Shown here in pieces: positions 51,001 to 64,000 of a DNA stretch of 64,000 nucleotides (its first letter is position 1; each line of letters starts with the position of its first letter). Source of the DNA: Octopus bimaculoides. Taxonomy: Eukaryota. The notes below the pieces were generated by a model, which saw only the letters and a program-made list of their open reading frames with translations, had not been told where the DNA came from and searched no databases. The stretch lies in assembly GCF_001194135.2 (NCBI RefSeq), contig NC_069005.1, positions 31,184,203-31,248,202 on the forward strand. The letters run 5' to 3'. Both the position numbers and the translations under genes were made by a program.

Positions 51001-52445
51001 TACAACAATTTAGTGTTTGTAATAGGTGCAGGCATGGCTTTGTAGAAGTAACTTTGTTTCCCTGTCACATGGTTTTGGGTTCAGTCCTACTCAGTGGCAC
51101 CTTGGGTAACTGTCTTCTACTGTAGCTCCTGTTTGACCCGAGTCTTATGATCGGATTTGGCAGATGGAAACTGAAAGAAGCCTATTGTGTGTGTGAGCGT
51201 GTGTGCATGTTTAAATAAAAAATGTAAAAATAACTTCTCAAGTCATGCTGACTCATAAGAGCCAGTTTCCATGGCGTATAAATTCCCCTCCTGGATGGGA
51301 TGCCAGTCCATCGCAGGATTGCTCACTTTGCCAGTTGAGGGCACTGGAGCAACATGAAATGAAGTGTCTTGCTCAAGAACACATTGCATCGCCTGGTCCA
51401 CAAATCAAAACCACAATCTTATTTATTCACATTGCTTTGAATTAATCTGGCATTATCTCGTATAGCTTTGAGATTTTGAAGGTGGAATTATTTTCTTTTT
51501 GACTTTTTTCTTAAGAATGACATTGTAGGTTAGGTGTGAGAGGCCGGACATGGCCCGTTTGAACATTAAACAGGTGGAATACTTGGGCCAGATGTGCCCA
51601 ATTTAGATGCTAAATGGATAAGGGTTCATCTTAGAAATTTGCTTCTATCAACAAACAGACACACACACACACTCACCAAATGTCAAGTAAACTACTTAAA
51701 TATGTAGAATCAAGAGACAAAACTGTTTTATTATTCTGTGAGATTCTTTAAACTAAGTATTGAACAGTTTAAAGATCTTCCATAGGAATTCTAAGTTGAT
51801 TGATAGAATTTTAACTTCTTCAGATATTTTCTTTTTGGTGGTTTTTGTTTGCAGATATTTTTAGTCCCTACCCCCACCCTCATTTTATTACCTTTTTTTT
51901 GTGTGGGGTGGGGATTGGCGGGGAGGTTCCGTCTTTATGAAAGTAANNNNNNNNNNNNNNNNNNNNNNNNNNNNNNNNNNNNNNNNNNNNNNNNNNNNNN
52001 NNNNNNNNNNNNNNNNNNNNNNNNNNNNNNNNNNNNNNNNNNNNNNNNNNNNNNNNNNNNNNNNNNNNNNNNNNNNNNNNNNNNNNNNNNNNNNNNNNNN
52101 NNNNNNNNNNNNNNNNNNNNNNNNNNNNNNNNNNNNNNNNNNNNNNNNNNNNNNNNNNNGAAGTACACAACGAGTACGGAAGTATGGAAGTTCAGTAGAA
52201 TGAAATTTGCTTGAAGCAAATATTTTTATCTGTTAACATTTCAAATTAAGCAGAGGGGAGAAACAAATTGATTTTCCTTCTTTGCATTCGTTCTTTCTCT
52301 CTTATTTTCTTTTTCTCATTTTCTGCTTTTTTTAAAAAAAATTTCTAGGCTCTAATTATCAATTTTCTCTTATAAAGTCTTTATACATTAGGTTATGTGA
52401 GAGGCTGAGCAATTTAAAGAGACATAAACAATTAGACAACAGGAA

Positions 52446-52485
<40 letters not shown>

Positions 52486-53258
52486 ATAAAAGCTTGTTTG
52501 TTTTCATGTGAAGTTACATATAAAAACAATTTAACATTAAATTGAAGAATTGTTCAATACTTTTTAGTAGAGTACATTTAGCAAGCTTTTATGAGGAGAA
52601 TGTTGACAGTAACTTTGAAGTTTCGGCTTGCTCATCTTCATCAGATTGTATTATATGTTGTGTGGTGTGGTGTGATGGGAAAGGGGTCTGTGAGAATACG
52701 TGCTGTATAGGTGAATGGACCTGAGAAGGCCAATCATGTGCAAGCAATGTTGGACTGAACAAAACTGTATGATGCAGATGATGATGGTAGCTGAATGGTT
52801 AAGAAGTTTGTTTTGCAATCTTGATGTCGCAGGTTCTATCCCTCTGTGTGGCATCTTTGGAAAAAGCCTTTTTCAGTAGCCTCGAGTCAACCCGTACTTT
52901 GTGAGTGAAAGTGCTTTTACTATTGTCTCCATTGGTGGTTGATATTGCTCATGTTATTGTTTGGCCACAACCCCTGACAGAAGTATCGCTGTTTTTTTTT
53001 TGGTTTTTTTTTTTTGGTGATGGGGTGAGATTTGAACTCAGAACATGCAGAGCTGGAGCAGATATCACAAGGCAGCCTGTCTGACACACTAACAATTCTG
53101 ACTCTCCATTTTCATGGACTGTTGCATTTTTTTGTTAAAGATCCCAAAAGCATGAAAGGCAAAATTGACCCCAATTGGATTTGATCTCAGTACACAAGGA
53201 GTCAGAGCAATTACTGCAAGCATTCCATCCAACATGCTAACAACTTTACCAATTAGCT

Positions 53259-53302
<44 letters not shown>

Positions 53303-56033
53303 CTTAAAATATCCTTAAATTAAATTATGTGCATTTTTGTTGGTGGTGGGGGGAGGTTAATGTTGTCATTAATTACATTATTCTAATTAAAATGTCTGTG
53401 TTTAAACTTACATCATTTAAACGAATATAAATTTGTCTATGTATTTGTGCACAGTTTAATTATATGTTATTGACGAAATAAAAATAATTAATTCTCTCTT
53501 CACTCTGCTCTCATCTTCCAACTTGCTCCACTCTGTATATAGATTCAGTATATCATATATATCCATATATATANNNNNNNNNNNNNNNNNNNNNNNNNNN
53601 NNNNNNNNNNNNNNNNNNNNNNNNNNNNNNNNNNNNNNNNNNNNNNNNNNNNNNNNNNNNNNNNNNNNNNNNNNNNNNNNNNNNNNNNNNNNNNNNNNNN
53701 NNNNNNNNNNNNNNNNNNNNNNNNNNNNNNNNNNNNNNNNNNNNNNNNNNNNNNNNNNNNNNNNNNNNNNNNNNNNNNNNNNNNNNNNNNNNNNNNNNNN
53801 NNNNNNNNNNNNNNNNNNNNNNNNNNNNNNNNNNNNNNNNNNNNNNNNNNNNNNNNNNNNNNNNNNNNNNNNNNNNNNNNNNNNNNNNNNNNNNNNNNNN
53901 NNNNNNNNNNNNNNNNNNNNNNNNNNNNNNNNNNNNNNNNNNNNNNNNNNNNNNNNNNNNNNNNNNNNNNNNNNNNNNNNNNNNNNNNNNNNNNNNNNNN
54001 NNNNNNNNNNNNNNNNNNNNNNNNNNNNNNNNNNNNNNNNNNNNNNNNNNNNNNNNNNNNNNNNNNNNNNNNNNNNNNNNNNNNNNNNNNNNNNNNNNNN
54101 NNNNNNNNNNNNNNNNNNNNNNNNNNNNNNNNNNNNNNNNNNNNNNNNNNNNNNNNNNNNNNNNNNNNNNNNNNNTCCTGATCTTGATCGTGTCTTTTGC
54201 TTCTTGGAATTTGGAAAACTCAACCAGTATTTGTTTGAGACTGGTCTGAAGTAGATTGCACTTGTTCCAGTAACCGGTCATTTCCATCTGTTTGTTTTGT
54301 TTTGTTTTTGATAAGTCATGATGTGTGTTTGTATATTTTTCTTTTGTAAACCATTAACCACTGGTGTTAATTAATTAATTAGTGCTCTTCATACTCTAGT
54401 ACTTTGTGGTCAGTTTATTGGATAGTATTTTGGCCACCCCTAATAAAACTGCCCTTCATCTAATAACAGCTTTCATTACATTCAAAACAGTCTGAGTGTA
54501 TGTGTGTGTATACAGTGTACACACACACACACACACACATACACACATACACACACACACACATACACAAACATAGAACACACATGCATGTACATACACA
54601 CATACTGAAAATTATGTCTTCAGCATCTTGCTGTTTAACGTACAAATATTTGTCCCCTTAACTTAACCCTAGCTGTCTCTCCCTGGTGGCATGTACCATG
54701 CTTTCACTAGTTCCCTCTGGGGCCTGTGTAGTCACAAGCAAACACAGATAACCTCATCCTCTCGTGGCTTTCCTACTCTTGACAACAGACCATAAAGATG
54801 AAAAATGAAATCTTGTTCTGACAATGTTTCAATGCAAAACTGTGTGGACAAATGTCGAAAACCCAGTTTTCCCACTGTTGTTGTTTTTGTTATTACAATT
54901 ACTCTATGTTCTGGATTAGTTACCATAGAAACCATAGCCATTGCTGGTGAACAGATATGACTTGGGAGAATGTACCATGGTTTTGCTGATTGTTTTAAGG
55001 GGTCTATGTAATTATATAACCCTAAGTAGACAAAGACATGCTCTCAGCTTCCTCCCCTTGGTGCAACAGAACATCAAGGATGTGGCATTTTATATATATA
55101 TATATGTATATATATGTGTGTGTGTAGGGTAAAGACCCACCCCTCAGTCATATTTTGATAGGGTCCGGGGACCTGTAAAAGGCTACTAAATAAGCCCTTA
55201 GTCCATAATTTCATTACATACACACAAACTGAGCTGCCCTCTCTCTCTCTCTTTCTGTCTCCTCTCTCTCACCTTATTCTTTTCTCCTTTACAAGAACTC
55301 ATTATCAAGATCAAAGTCATCTCTATTCCGTACTCCTCAATTCATTAGAAAACTACCTTTACCTAAACCCCCCCCTTCCCAATTACAACACCACCACACA
55401 TTGACAAACAACCCTCTTCACATTAATATAATAAGCCATCAGGGTTTCTTTTTTGTTGCTGCTGCTGTTGTTGTTGTTGTTGTTGTCTTTTTGGAAACAG
55501 TAGGAAACATTAATAATGCCTGCCATTAAATACAGCATGGATATCTTGCTTTTACTCCAAATTCTCCTCATTATTGATGTTGTCATTATCATCATCATCA
55601 TCATTATTATTATTAATTTCACCCTCATCTCCAGTGAATGCCTCTTCTTTGCATGACTGCTGTTTGTAACTGCTCGGTCTGTAGTGTTTGTAACATTCCA
55701 TAGTTGTAACCTAGTGTGAATGCCATTCCTTTCCCATTCCTCTTGAAGGAAACATAATGTTTTTGTGTGTATTGTTTTACATGTTTCAGCCCTGAGGCTG
55801 TGGCACCGCCAGTGAGTGTGTGTTGTTTTTAATTGGCACCTATCAAACTGACTGTTCAGTTTGATAAATGCCATGCATGAAACTCTCAGCTCTCAAGTAA
55901 CTTTTTGTAACTTTCTGCCAATTTAAAAATAATAAAAAAAAAGTTAATATGGTTACAGCTACAATGCCCTTAATCGCAGGTGTGCTTGATCAGGGTTGCT
56001 CCAGGGTTAACGTTTCTGGATTAATGGTTACAG

Positions 56034-56130
56034 ATGTTGAAGAGCATAGGCTCGAAACATCAAGCACTTTTCCATTGTTCTCGAGCATCAAGCTAATACA
56101 CCTGCTTGTTGGTCTCTCACTTTGAACAAG
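56034..56130 (+). mobile_element. Decayed Penelope-type terminal / hammerhead relic
   Basis: ATGTTGA-A-GAGC-ATAG-GCTC-GAAAC-ATC (56034-56061): same layout as 41122-41157 (core, extra A, stem II, GAAAC) but core positions are mutated. Confidence 0.5.
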
Positions 56131-56568
56131 AATGACCCTTTGATGAAGTCAAGTAAAGAAAGTTGGTTTCAAGGAACACCTCAACAATGTGCTGGGAGTC
56201 CTGGAGTATATCAGGGTCTTTTAGCAATAGATCCCCTTTTCCTTCCCAGATGACCCCTGTTGGGTTGTCCAAGCCCTAGCTTACATCCCAGCAGCAATGG
56301 GTCTGCTTTTCTTTATATATATATATATATATATATAAAGAGTTGTTGATGTTCAACACTAACTGAATGGAAGAAGGGGTGACTGCTGCAGAATAAAGAA
56401 TTCCCATGGAGGGGGTGAGTATATATTTCATTTGAAGAAATAACCCCCAGAGGTCACTACTTACTTTTATCGATAACCTCTCTCTCGCTTTCATTTCTAT
56501 GGAACTTTTTTCACAACTTCAGCAGCTGAATAACTGTGGTTTTTATTATTATTATCATTATTATTATT

Positions 56569-57150
56569 AGGATGGCAGGCTGGCAGAATTGTTAGCATGC
56601 CGGGCAAACTGCTTAGCAGCATTTTGTCTGTCTTTATGTTCTGAGTTCAAATTCCACCGAGGTTGGCTTTGCCTTTCATCCTTTCGGGGTCGATAAAATA
56701 AGTACCAGCTGAGCACTGGGGTTGATGTAATTAACTTACCTCCAACCCTGAAATTGCTGGCCTTGTGCCAAAATTTGAAGCCATTATTATAATTATTATT
56801 ATTATTATTATTATTGCCCTGGTGGCAAATATAAGAAATCAACATCATCATCATCATCATCATCATCATTATTATTATTATTATTCAGTTGAGTACTGGG
56901 GTTGATGTAATCGACTTGACCCCTTGCTGCAAATTTCAAACCTTGTGCCTATAGTAGAAAGGATTATTATTATGAGGTTTATGAGCTGGGAGAATCGTTA
57001 ATGCATCAAATAATATGCCTAGTGGTATTTCTTCTGGCTCATTACAGTCTGGGTCCAAATTGTTTGGCCTTTCTTTCACCCTTTTGGGGTTGATAAAATA
57101 AAGTACGAGTCAAGTACTGGGGTTGTTTGCAATTGGCTTGCCGCCTCCCC
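56569..57150 (+). mobile_element. Train of family C tRNA-derived SINEs (56569-56782, 56885-56965, 56975-57150)
   Basis: Head GGCTGGCAGAATTGTTAGC, B box-like GAGTTCAAATTCC, centre GCCTTTCATCCTTTCGGGGTCGATAAAATAAGTACCAG, tail GGCCTTGTGCCAAAATTTGAA-(TAT)n. Centre resembles the Meta-type SINE domain from memory (unverified). Confidence 0.85.
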
Positions 57151-58039
57151 TTCAGTTCCGTACTAGCCCTGTGTATGTAAAAAAAGTGATAAAAAAAGGT
57201 CTGGATAACCAGTTCTGGAATGTTGATATTACATCGATTCGGTTAAAGCTGACTCGGAGTGGGAAAAGGGTCTTAGCCACCATAATAGCTCAAAGCAATA
57301 TTACAGAATTATGTTTCAACATCACTTTGTTACTTAACGATCACTATTATAAACGCAGCAAATATTTACCATTATACATTTGCTTTATTGAATTGTGTTT
57401 GTGGAATGGTAATGGGTGCACACAGATTTTTTTCTTTTTTTTTTAAAGTTGCGTATATAATATATTATAGTGTTGTGTTTGATTGAAGGTTTAACTAAAG
57501 CCAAGTTAACTGTCGAGAACAATGATCAATACCATTAGTGTGAGAAACAATCTTGTTAATGTCTCTAACCTTTTGCTGGATTGCTGACAAGATTTCTGGT
57601 AATTTGTTCTTAATGTTTCCTATACAGCCTTTCCGAAAGAAGTAATATTGGTTTCATTATTGTTCATTATTGTTGTAGATGTTCATCGACATTGCCCGGC
57701 CTTTTATACGGCTCATTATGGATATTCATTTCGACAATTCTGTTTCATCTTCCCTCGTCTTCAACCTCCTTCAGTCACCTTTAAATAGACATTTGCATTT
57801 CTAAACAGATAAGCCGAGTATGTCAGATGGTCTTATCTCCTACTTTGTTCCCGGAAAATCACCAGAGAATTATCTTTTGATTATTGATTTCGAATATGAT
57901 ACCTAATCACTCTTCCTTTTTTTGTTTGGTTTTAGAAGTGAGGAAAAAGAAAATAGTTTGCCAGACACCTTGCAGGACTCTGTATGGTTGTGTAGTGAAA
58001 TAGTTTGCTTTCTGATCAGAGGTTTACAAATTCAGTTCA

Positions 58040-58400
58040 ATAATTTATAACAGAAGACACTTACTTCAGGTGTTACACAGTGGCACCATAAGCAAGTGTC
58101 TTCTGTTATAACTTTGATCCAACCAAAACCTTGCATGTGGATTTAATAGATGGAAACTGAAAGAAGCCCTTCATATATGTGTGTGTGTGTGCGTTTCTTT
58201 GCTCTGACAACATGTGATGGTTGGAAACAAGCTTCCAATGTTTTGTGCAAAAATGTATTTGACTATAAAGGGAAATATTACACTGCTTGCAAACAGGTAA
58301 GGGTTGGTGACTGGAAGAGCATCTGGCTGAAGAAAATTGTCTCAGTGAATTCTGTCTGACCCATAAAAGTATGGAAAAGTGGATGTTAAGTTGATGATGA
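58040..58400 (+). mobile_element. SINE with family A head/centre but family B tail
   Basis: TGGCACCATAAGCAAGTGTCTT...GGAAACTGAAAGAAGCCC...GGGTTGGTGACTGGAAGAGCATCTGGC...GGAAAAGTGGATGTTAAG(TGA)n; colinear with 42100-42450. Confidence 0.7.
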
Positions 58401-61095
58401 CTATTGTGTGTATGTGTAGTATTTCCTGTGTGTACAGTTAGAGTGTATGACTGCCATTGGTCAGCTTAGAGCTCCATGTGGAGTGTCGCCAACCAGCCTA
58501 CTTCCAGTAAAGGGATGTGGTTACTACTGTACTTTGCACTGTTACTGGTTATGATATGCAGAGCAAATATAGGAAGAAGTATGATAAACACAAGACACAG
58601 TTTATACCATTTGTTTCCTATGTACATTCCTAGTTAATCACATGCAGGCATAGATAAGTTCTTGGCATTCCTACACATGACTGAAAAGAATATGAAGGAT
58701 GTGACAGTGTATACACGTGTTCTGTGTTGAGACAGTAGAGTATGATATGAAGGATAAGATTTGGTTGTTGTTTCTAGTAAGTTTAGCAACCATCTAGTGA
58801 CTTTACAATTGTATGCTGCAATGATTAGATTTTTGCATATTAACATGGAGATAGGAAATTTAGAATAAAAATAAAATGCACACACCACATCATGTATAAT
58901 GCAGAGAAATTAGTTAACTTAGTTCTCGTGTCTCAAGTGCACATGCACGGAATCAAGTATACTCGGTTCCGGCACAGTAAGGGTTACAATTGTTGACCTT
59001 TATTTATATCTTTATGTTTCAATGAGGCCAAAATATGAATTGATAATCAGGTCAGTCTCACTTTTACATAATTGATTATTGGTTGAGCTATTTAGCTAAG
59101 CCAGCTTATCCTCTACATAGATTTAGCAGCTTAGAGTTGAGAATGTTTAGCTATTATGACTGCACTCTTCTACTTGTGGTAATAATCTTGCAATGGTGGA
59201 TAAATGTAGAGGATTGGCTGAACCAGTGGAGCATCAGTGAAAATGCTTTGCAGTATTTATTCCAGCTCTTCAGGTTCTGAACTTAAATTCTGCCAGGGCT
59301 TAACTTTTCGTCTTTCCAGGAAGTGTATTTAATATAGTACCAGTCATATACTAAAGATTGATTTCTTCAGATATATCTTTCTCACTCTCTTGATCGGGTT
59401 TACTTGATCACGACTTGCCTGGGATTAAACAACAACAATGACATCAGAGATTAGAAGGCTTGATATATGTGGTAACTGTGTTGTTTTAGTGTAAGGATAG
59501 GAAATGGTTTGATATGGTTTGGTTCTTGAAATGTGTAGTGATTGTATGTTTGCACTATTAGTATGTAGAATCTGATCATCATCAGGTGTTTTATTCCTTG
59601 ATTCATATATGATACAGTTCGAACTTGAACTAGGAACCTTTATTTCTAAACTAAATGTTAATTCCGCCATCCAATGCCGCGTCTACACTTGGTGACTTAA
59701 GAGAAATAAAAAAAAAATAGTGGTGATGAAGCATCAGGGTGGATCCTCAAAGTATGAGGTGGGTAGAAGTGAGTGGGTGAAGGCAGGTAGGAAATGTGGG
59801 TAGAGGTTGTAAGAATGTGACAAAGTAAGAGATGGTTAGAGACAAGGAATGGGTGAGGGCGTGAATATAATGAAAAACAGGTGTTGAAGAATGGTATGTA
59901 AGAAACAGGGGAGAGTAGGTGACAACTGTAGATTCCACAAATTTATGAAGTCTTAATTAATTTTGGCAACCTTGCTATCTTGGCAAGTAACAGCATGTTA
60001 ATTTAAATTCTCCTTTGTGTTCTTCCTTTTATGCATCAGCACTCAGTACTGAAAATGATAATCAATATCCAATTACTATTGGTACGTAACTAAAAATTCT
60101 AATGTAACTACAATACACAAGATATACTCTTCTTTGTTGACAGACGTTGTCTACCATTAAATTTTATTTGACAAATACATTATTACATTAGCATTTGATC
60201 GAGATGTTTGATAATACAAGGAAGAATATGGTGGCTTAACAAAAGCATGGCATGATATGTATTCTAAACAAAAACGATTTTATTTACCTCTTTGTTTCAA
60301 ATATTTTCCCTCTCCTTGGCTGCTTGTATATATATATATTTTTTTACCTAATTTTGGAATGATACAGAATGCCAGAGTTTTTTTTTTTCTGCATGATTTC
60401 AATGAGATTGGAGACGTGTGGTTCAATTGTTTGCATAGTGTAGAGTTATGAGGCAACTTGATGTTTGATTCATGGCTGGTGTTGTTCCTTTCTGTTCTGT
60501 AGTGTTGTTGGGTGGGCAGGTGAGCCTTATATGTATATATATATATATACATATATGTAGATGTGTACATGCATATATGTTATGTGGTTTGTATATGTAT
60601 ACTGTAGATATAATTTTTGTCTGTATAAATATACATAAAAATACATTTCCTGTTGTATATATATATATATATATATATGCAATAAAATAACAGTCCTTAA
60701 CTAATGTTATTTTCAGTTTTCCAGCAAGCACATGAGACGACTTCCAACAAGTTTTGGTCTTATGCTGACTTCCTCAGTGAGGCATAGTTTTCACAAAGTG
60801 TGTCTGTATATAAATCTATAAACATGTGTATATATATATATATATCATTTGTTCCATTGCTAGTCAAAGTTTTTGCTGTCTATGACCATTCAGGCGCTGA
60901 GAAGATGAATTCTCTTTTTTGTGGCCTGAAGAGCTGTACACACTGAGAAACTCTGAGTAGCAGTGGAGAAAAATCACCAGCTTCATGCAATTAAATACAT
61001 TCTATATGTTTTGAGTACCATTTGTCCCATTTGTGTATCCAAATCCAAATGTGTATGTATGTATGTGTATATATATATATATATACACACACATG

Positions 61096-61130
<35 letters not shown>

Positions 61131-62619
61131 TACCATCACTACTACTACTAATAGTAATAATAATTCAAGTCCGTCACACCTTCCTGTTTTGCATGTGCAG
61201 AGGTTGACTTTCATTTCCACCCAGGTATGTTCCAATGGTATTTTTTCAGTTTTCCATACCAGTGACCACTGGCAGCATTTATAATCTGAGATGTTGTAAA
61301 ATCAACCCTGCTGGAAATAGCAGCCAAATATCTTACCTGCTGCATCAGAATGCCTGTTCTCATTAAAATTTTGAATATGTCGATTTAAGCATATTTTTTT
61401 ATGAATTCAAAAAAATGTGTCTCTACGCCCTTTTCTATCCACCTGTCTCTCTACCTCGTTATATTCACCTGTCTTTTTATGTATCTATTTTCCTGACCTT
61501 CTCTTTACCTACACACCTACCTGTCTATCTACATATATATATCTATCTACCTCGTTATTTATCTGTCTGCTTAAGTACGTATCTCTTTATGTCTACTTTT
61601 CTGTTTATATCACAGATAGATCCCCCCCTTCCCCCACAACAAATGGAATGGTCATTACTGGAATGACTATCATCAAAACATTGAATTACCCGAGAGGTTC
61701 AACAAGAACAATCCATTTATCCATTTGTCTGTCTGTCTATTGATCTGTTTATCTATCTTCTACCATCCTCCCTCTGCAACCNNNNNNNNNNNNNNNNNNN
61801 NNNNNNNNNNNNNNNNNNNNNNNNNNNNNNNNNNNNNNNNNNNNNNNNNNNNNNNNNNNNNNNNNNNNNNNNNNNNNNNNNNNNNNNNNNNNNNNNNNNN
61901 NNNNNNNNNNNNNNNNNNNNNNNNNNNNNNNNNNNNNNNNNNNNNNNNNNNNNNNNNNNNNNNNNNNNNNNNNNNNNNNNNNNNNNNNNNNNNNNNNNNN
62001 NNNNNNNNNNNNNNNNNNNNNNNNNNNNNNNNNNNNNNNNNNNNNNNNNNNNNNNNNNNNNNNNNNNNNNNNNNNNNNNNNNNNNNNNNNNNNNNNNNNN
62101 NNNNNNNNNNNNNNNNNNNNNNNNNNNNNNNNNNNNNNNNNNNNNNNNNNNNNNNNNNNNNNNNNNNNNNNNNNNNNNNNNNNNNNNNNNNNNNNNNNNN
62201 NNNNNNNNNNNNNNNNNNNNNNNNNNNNNNNNNNNNNNNNNNNNNNNNNNNNNNNNNNNNNNNNNNNNNNNNNNNNNNNNNNNNNNNNNNNNNNNNNNNN
62301 NNNNNNNNNNNNNNNNNNNNNNNNNNNNNNNNNNNNNNNNNNNNNNNNNNNNNNNNNNNNNNNNNNNNNNNNNNNNNNNNNNNNNNNNNNNNNNNNNNNN
62401 NNNNNNNNNNNNNNNNNNNNNNNNNNNNNNNNNNNNNNNNNNNNNNNNNNNNNNNNNNNNNNNNNNNNNNNNNNNNNNNNNNNNNNNNNNNNNNNNNNNN
62501 NNNNNNNNNNNNNNNNNNNNNNNNNNNNNNNNNNNNNNNNNNNNNNNNNNNNNNNNNNNNNNNNNNNNNNNNNNNNNNNNNNNNNNNNNNNNNNNNNNNN
62601 NNNNNNNNNNNNNNNNNNN

Positions 62620-62669
<50 letters not shown>

Positions 62670-62789
62670 CATAATTATAATTACGATTCAGCAAAATTGC
62701 TTCACTACATACCGAAATTTAGAGATAGCAGTTAAATACTATTCCACTACCTTATCAATTATTAATTTTACCCTATATCTGTGTATATA

Positions 62790-63190
62790 TGAAGCCAAGT
62801 GAAATTGTTGTGGCCATTGCTGGTGTTGTGTAAATGGCATCCATGAAATCATAATCGTGGCCGTTGCAGGTTGCGGGATCTTCAAACGTTGAGCATCACA
62901 CAGGCTGTGACAAGTGACTGAGGCCTTGGCAATATGCTGTGCTTGAGAAGACTCATCAAGCCAAGTGAAACCATAGTTGTGGCCATTGCAGGTGCCATGT
63001 AAATGGCACCTGTGCTGGTGTCACATAAAAAGCACACTTGGAGTGGTTGGCATTAGGAAGGGCATCCAGTTGTAGAAACCACACCAGATCAGACTGGAAC
63101 CCCTGTTGCAGCTCTCTGGCTTAGCAGTTCCAGTCAAACCACCTAACCCATGCCAGCATGGAAAGCGGATGTTGAATGATGATGATGATG
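62790..63190 (+). mobile_element. Family B retroposon with repeated upstream module
   Basis: GCCAAGTGAAA...GTTGTGGCCATTGC module twice (62795, 62960) then GAGTGGTTGGCATTAGGAAGGGCATCCAG...GGAAAGCGGATGTTGAA(TGA)n. Confidence 0.78.
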
Positions 63191-63194
63191 TATG

Positions 63195-63227
<33 letters not shown>

Positions 63228-63409
63228 TAGGTGTAATGCCAATTAGTATAGACAATTGAAGCAAATGACATTATTAAAGTATACAGGCCTATACACCTAC
63301 AGTGAGAAAGAGAGCAGCAATNNNNNNNNNNGGTGACTGACCGTAAGCAGTTTGAAATATTTGACTGAGATTATTTTGTGTACATGAAAGAAGTGTGTGT
63401 ATCTATCTA

Positions 63410-63477
<68 letters not shown>

Positions 63478-63920
63478 ATATATAAGAAGAAGATGAATCC
63501 TTGGATGGAATTTATAAACATTTAATGCATCGCTACACATGTTCCCACAAATCATGTGTTTCTTAAGATTACAATCTTGTATTCCTGAGATGATTACGGT
63601 GCAGTCCATAGTATCCATGGGTATCAGGCTAACCATCTTCATGGATTCGTTTCTTCAAGCGATATCGTAAACAAATTTAAAAGATATCTATCTATCTATA
63701 TATACATATTGAAAAGATATCTATCTATATATGTATACATACACACACACGCATCGTTATTTAATGTCCACGTTCGATGCTGGCAAATCAGTAAGACTAC
63801 ACCAAGCTTTGTAGCCTCTTTCGGTATGGTTTCTGTGACTAGATGCCTTTCTTAACAACAATACATTACTTACATACCTACATGCATGCATATATATGTA
63901 TATATCTTTGTTTATGCACA

Positions 63921-63966
<46 letters not shown>

Positions 63967-64000
63967 CATGTGCATATGAACATAAATGCTTTTATATATA

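Noticed and set aside
57123-57900. Possible LINE ORF1 esterase-like remnant (KLTRSGKRVLA on +, FPGTK and FFRKGCIG on -)
   Set aside because: Fragments lie on opposite strands and the resemblance is too weak without a search.

Overview
AT-rich, microsatellite-dense animal genomic DNA with 13 assembly gaps. The repeat landscape (tRNA-derived SINEs, TTAA-flanked MITEs, long (TA)n/(CA)n/(TAT)n arrays) is what I associate with a coleoid cephalopod, most likely Octopus; this is an inference, not a database result. The only protein-coding gene I can support is numb on the + strand: four short coding exons (13987-14121, 30611-30685, 41263-41340, 43388->43490, the last running into a gap) that splice in phase 0 through canonical GT-AG sites to give the basic N-terminus and most of the PTB domain. 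The rest of the gene is not visible. Nearly all other ORFs in the track are microsatellite or N-run artefacts. The introns hold at least five SINE-like families, two piggyBac-type MITE families and two decayed transposase fragments (Chapaev/CMC-like and hAT Buster/Charlie-like). The most striking observation is a tRNA-headed SINE-like element (40968-41208) whose 3' part folds by eye into a complete minimal type I hammerhead ribozyme of the Penelope-associated kind, in sense orientation about 105 nt upstream of a numb splice acceptor. Two decayed relatives of that motif occur elsewhere in the window. Other leads: a CpG-rich region with a tandem splice donor that could switch between an N-terminally extended Numb and a uORF, and inverted repeat pairs that could form dsRNA around numb exons. 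Repeat family letters (A, B, C, D, D2, E, F, G, H) are my own labels and repeat boundaries are approximate.
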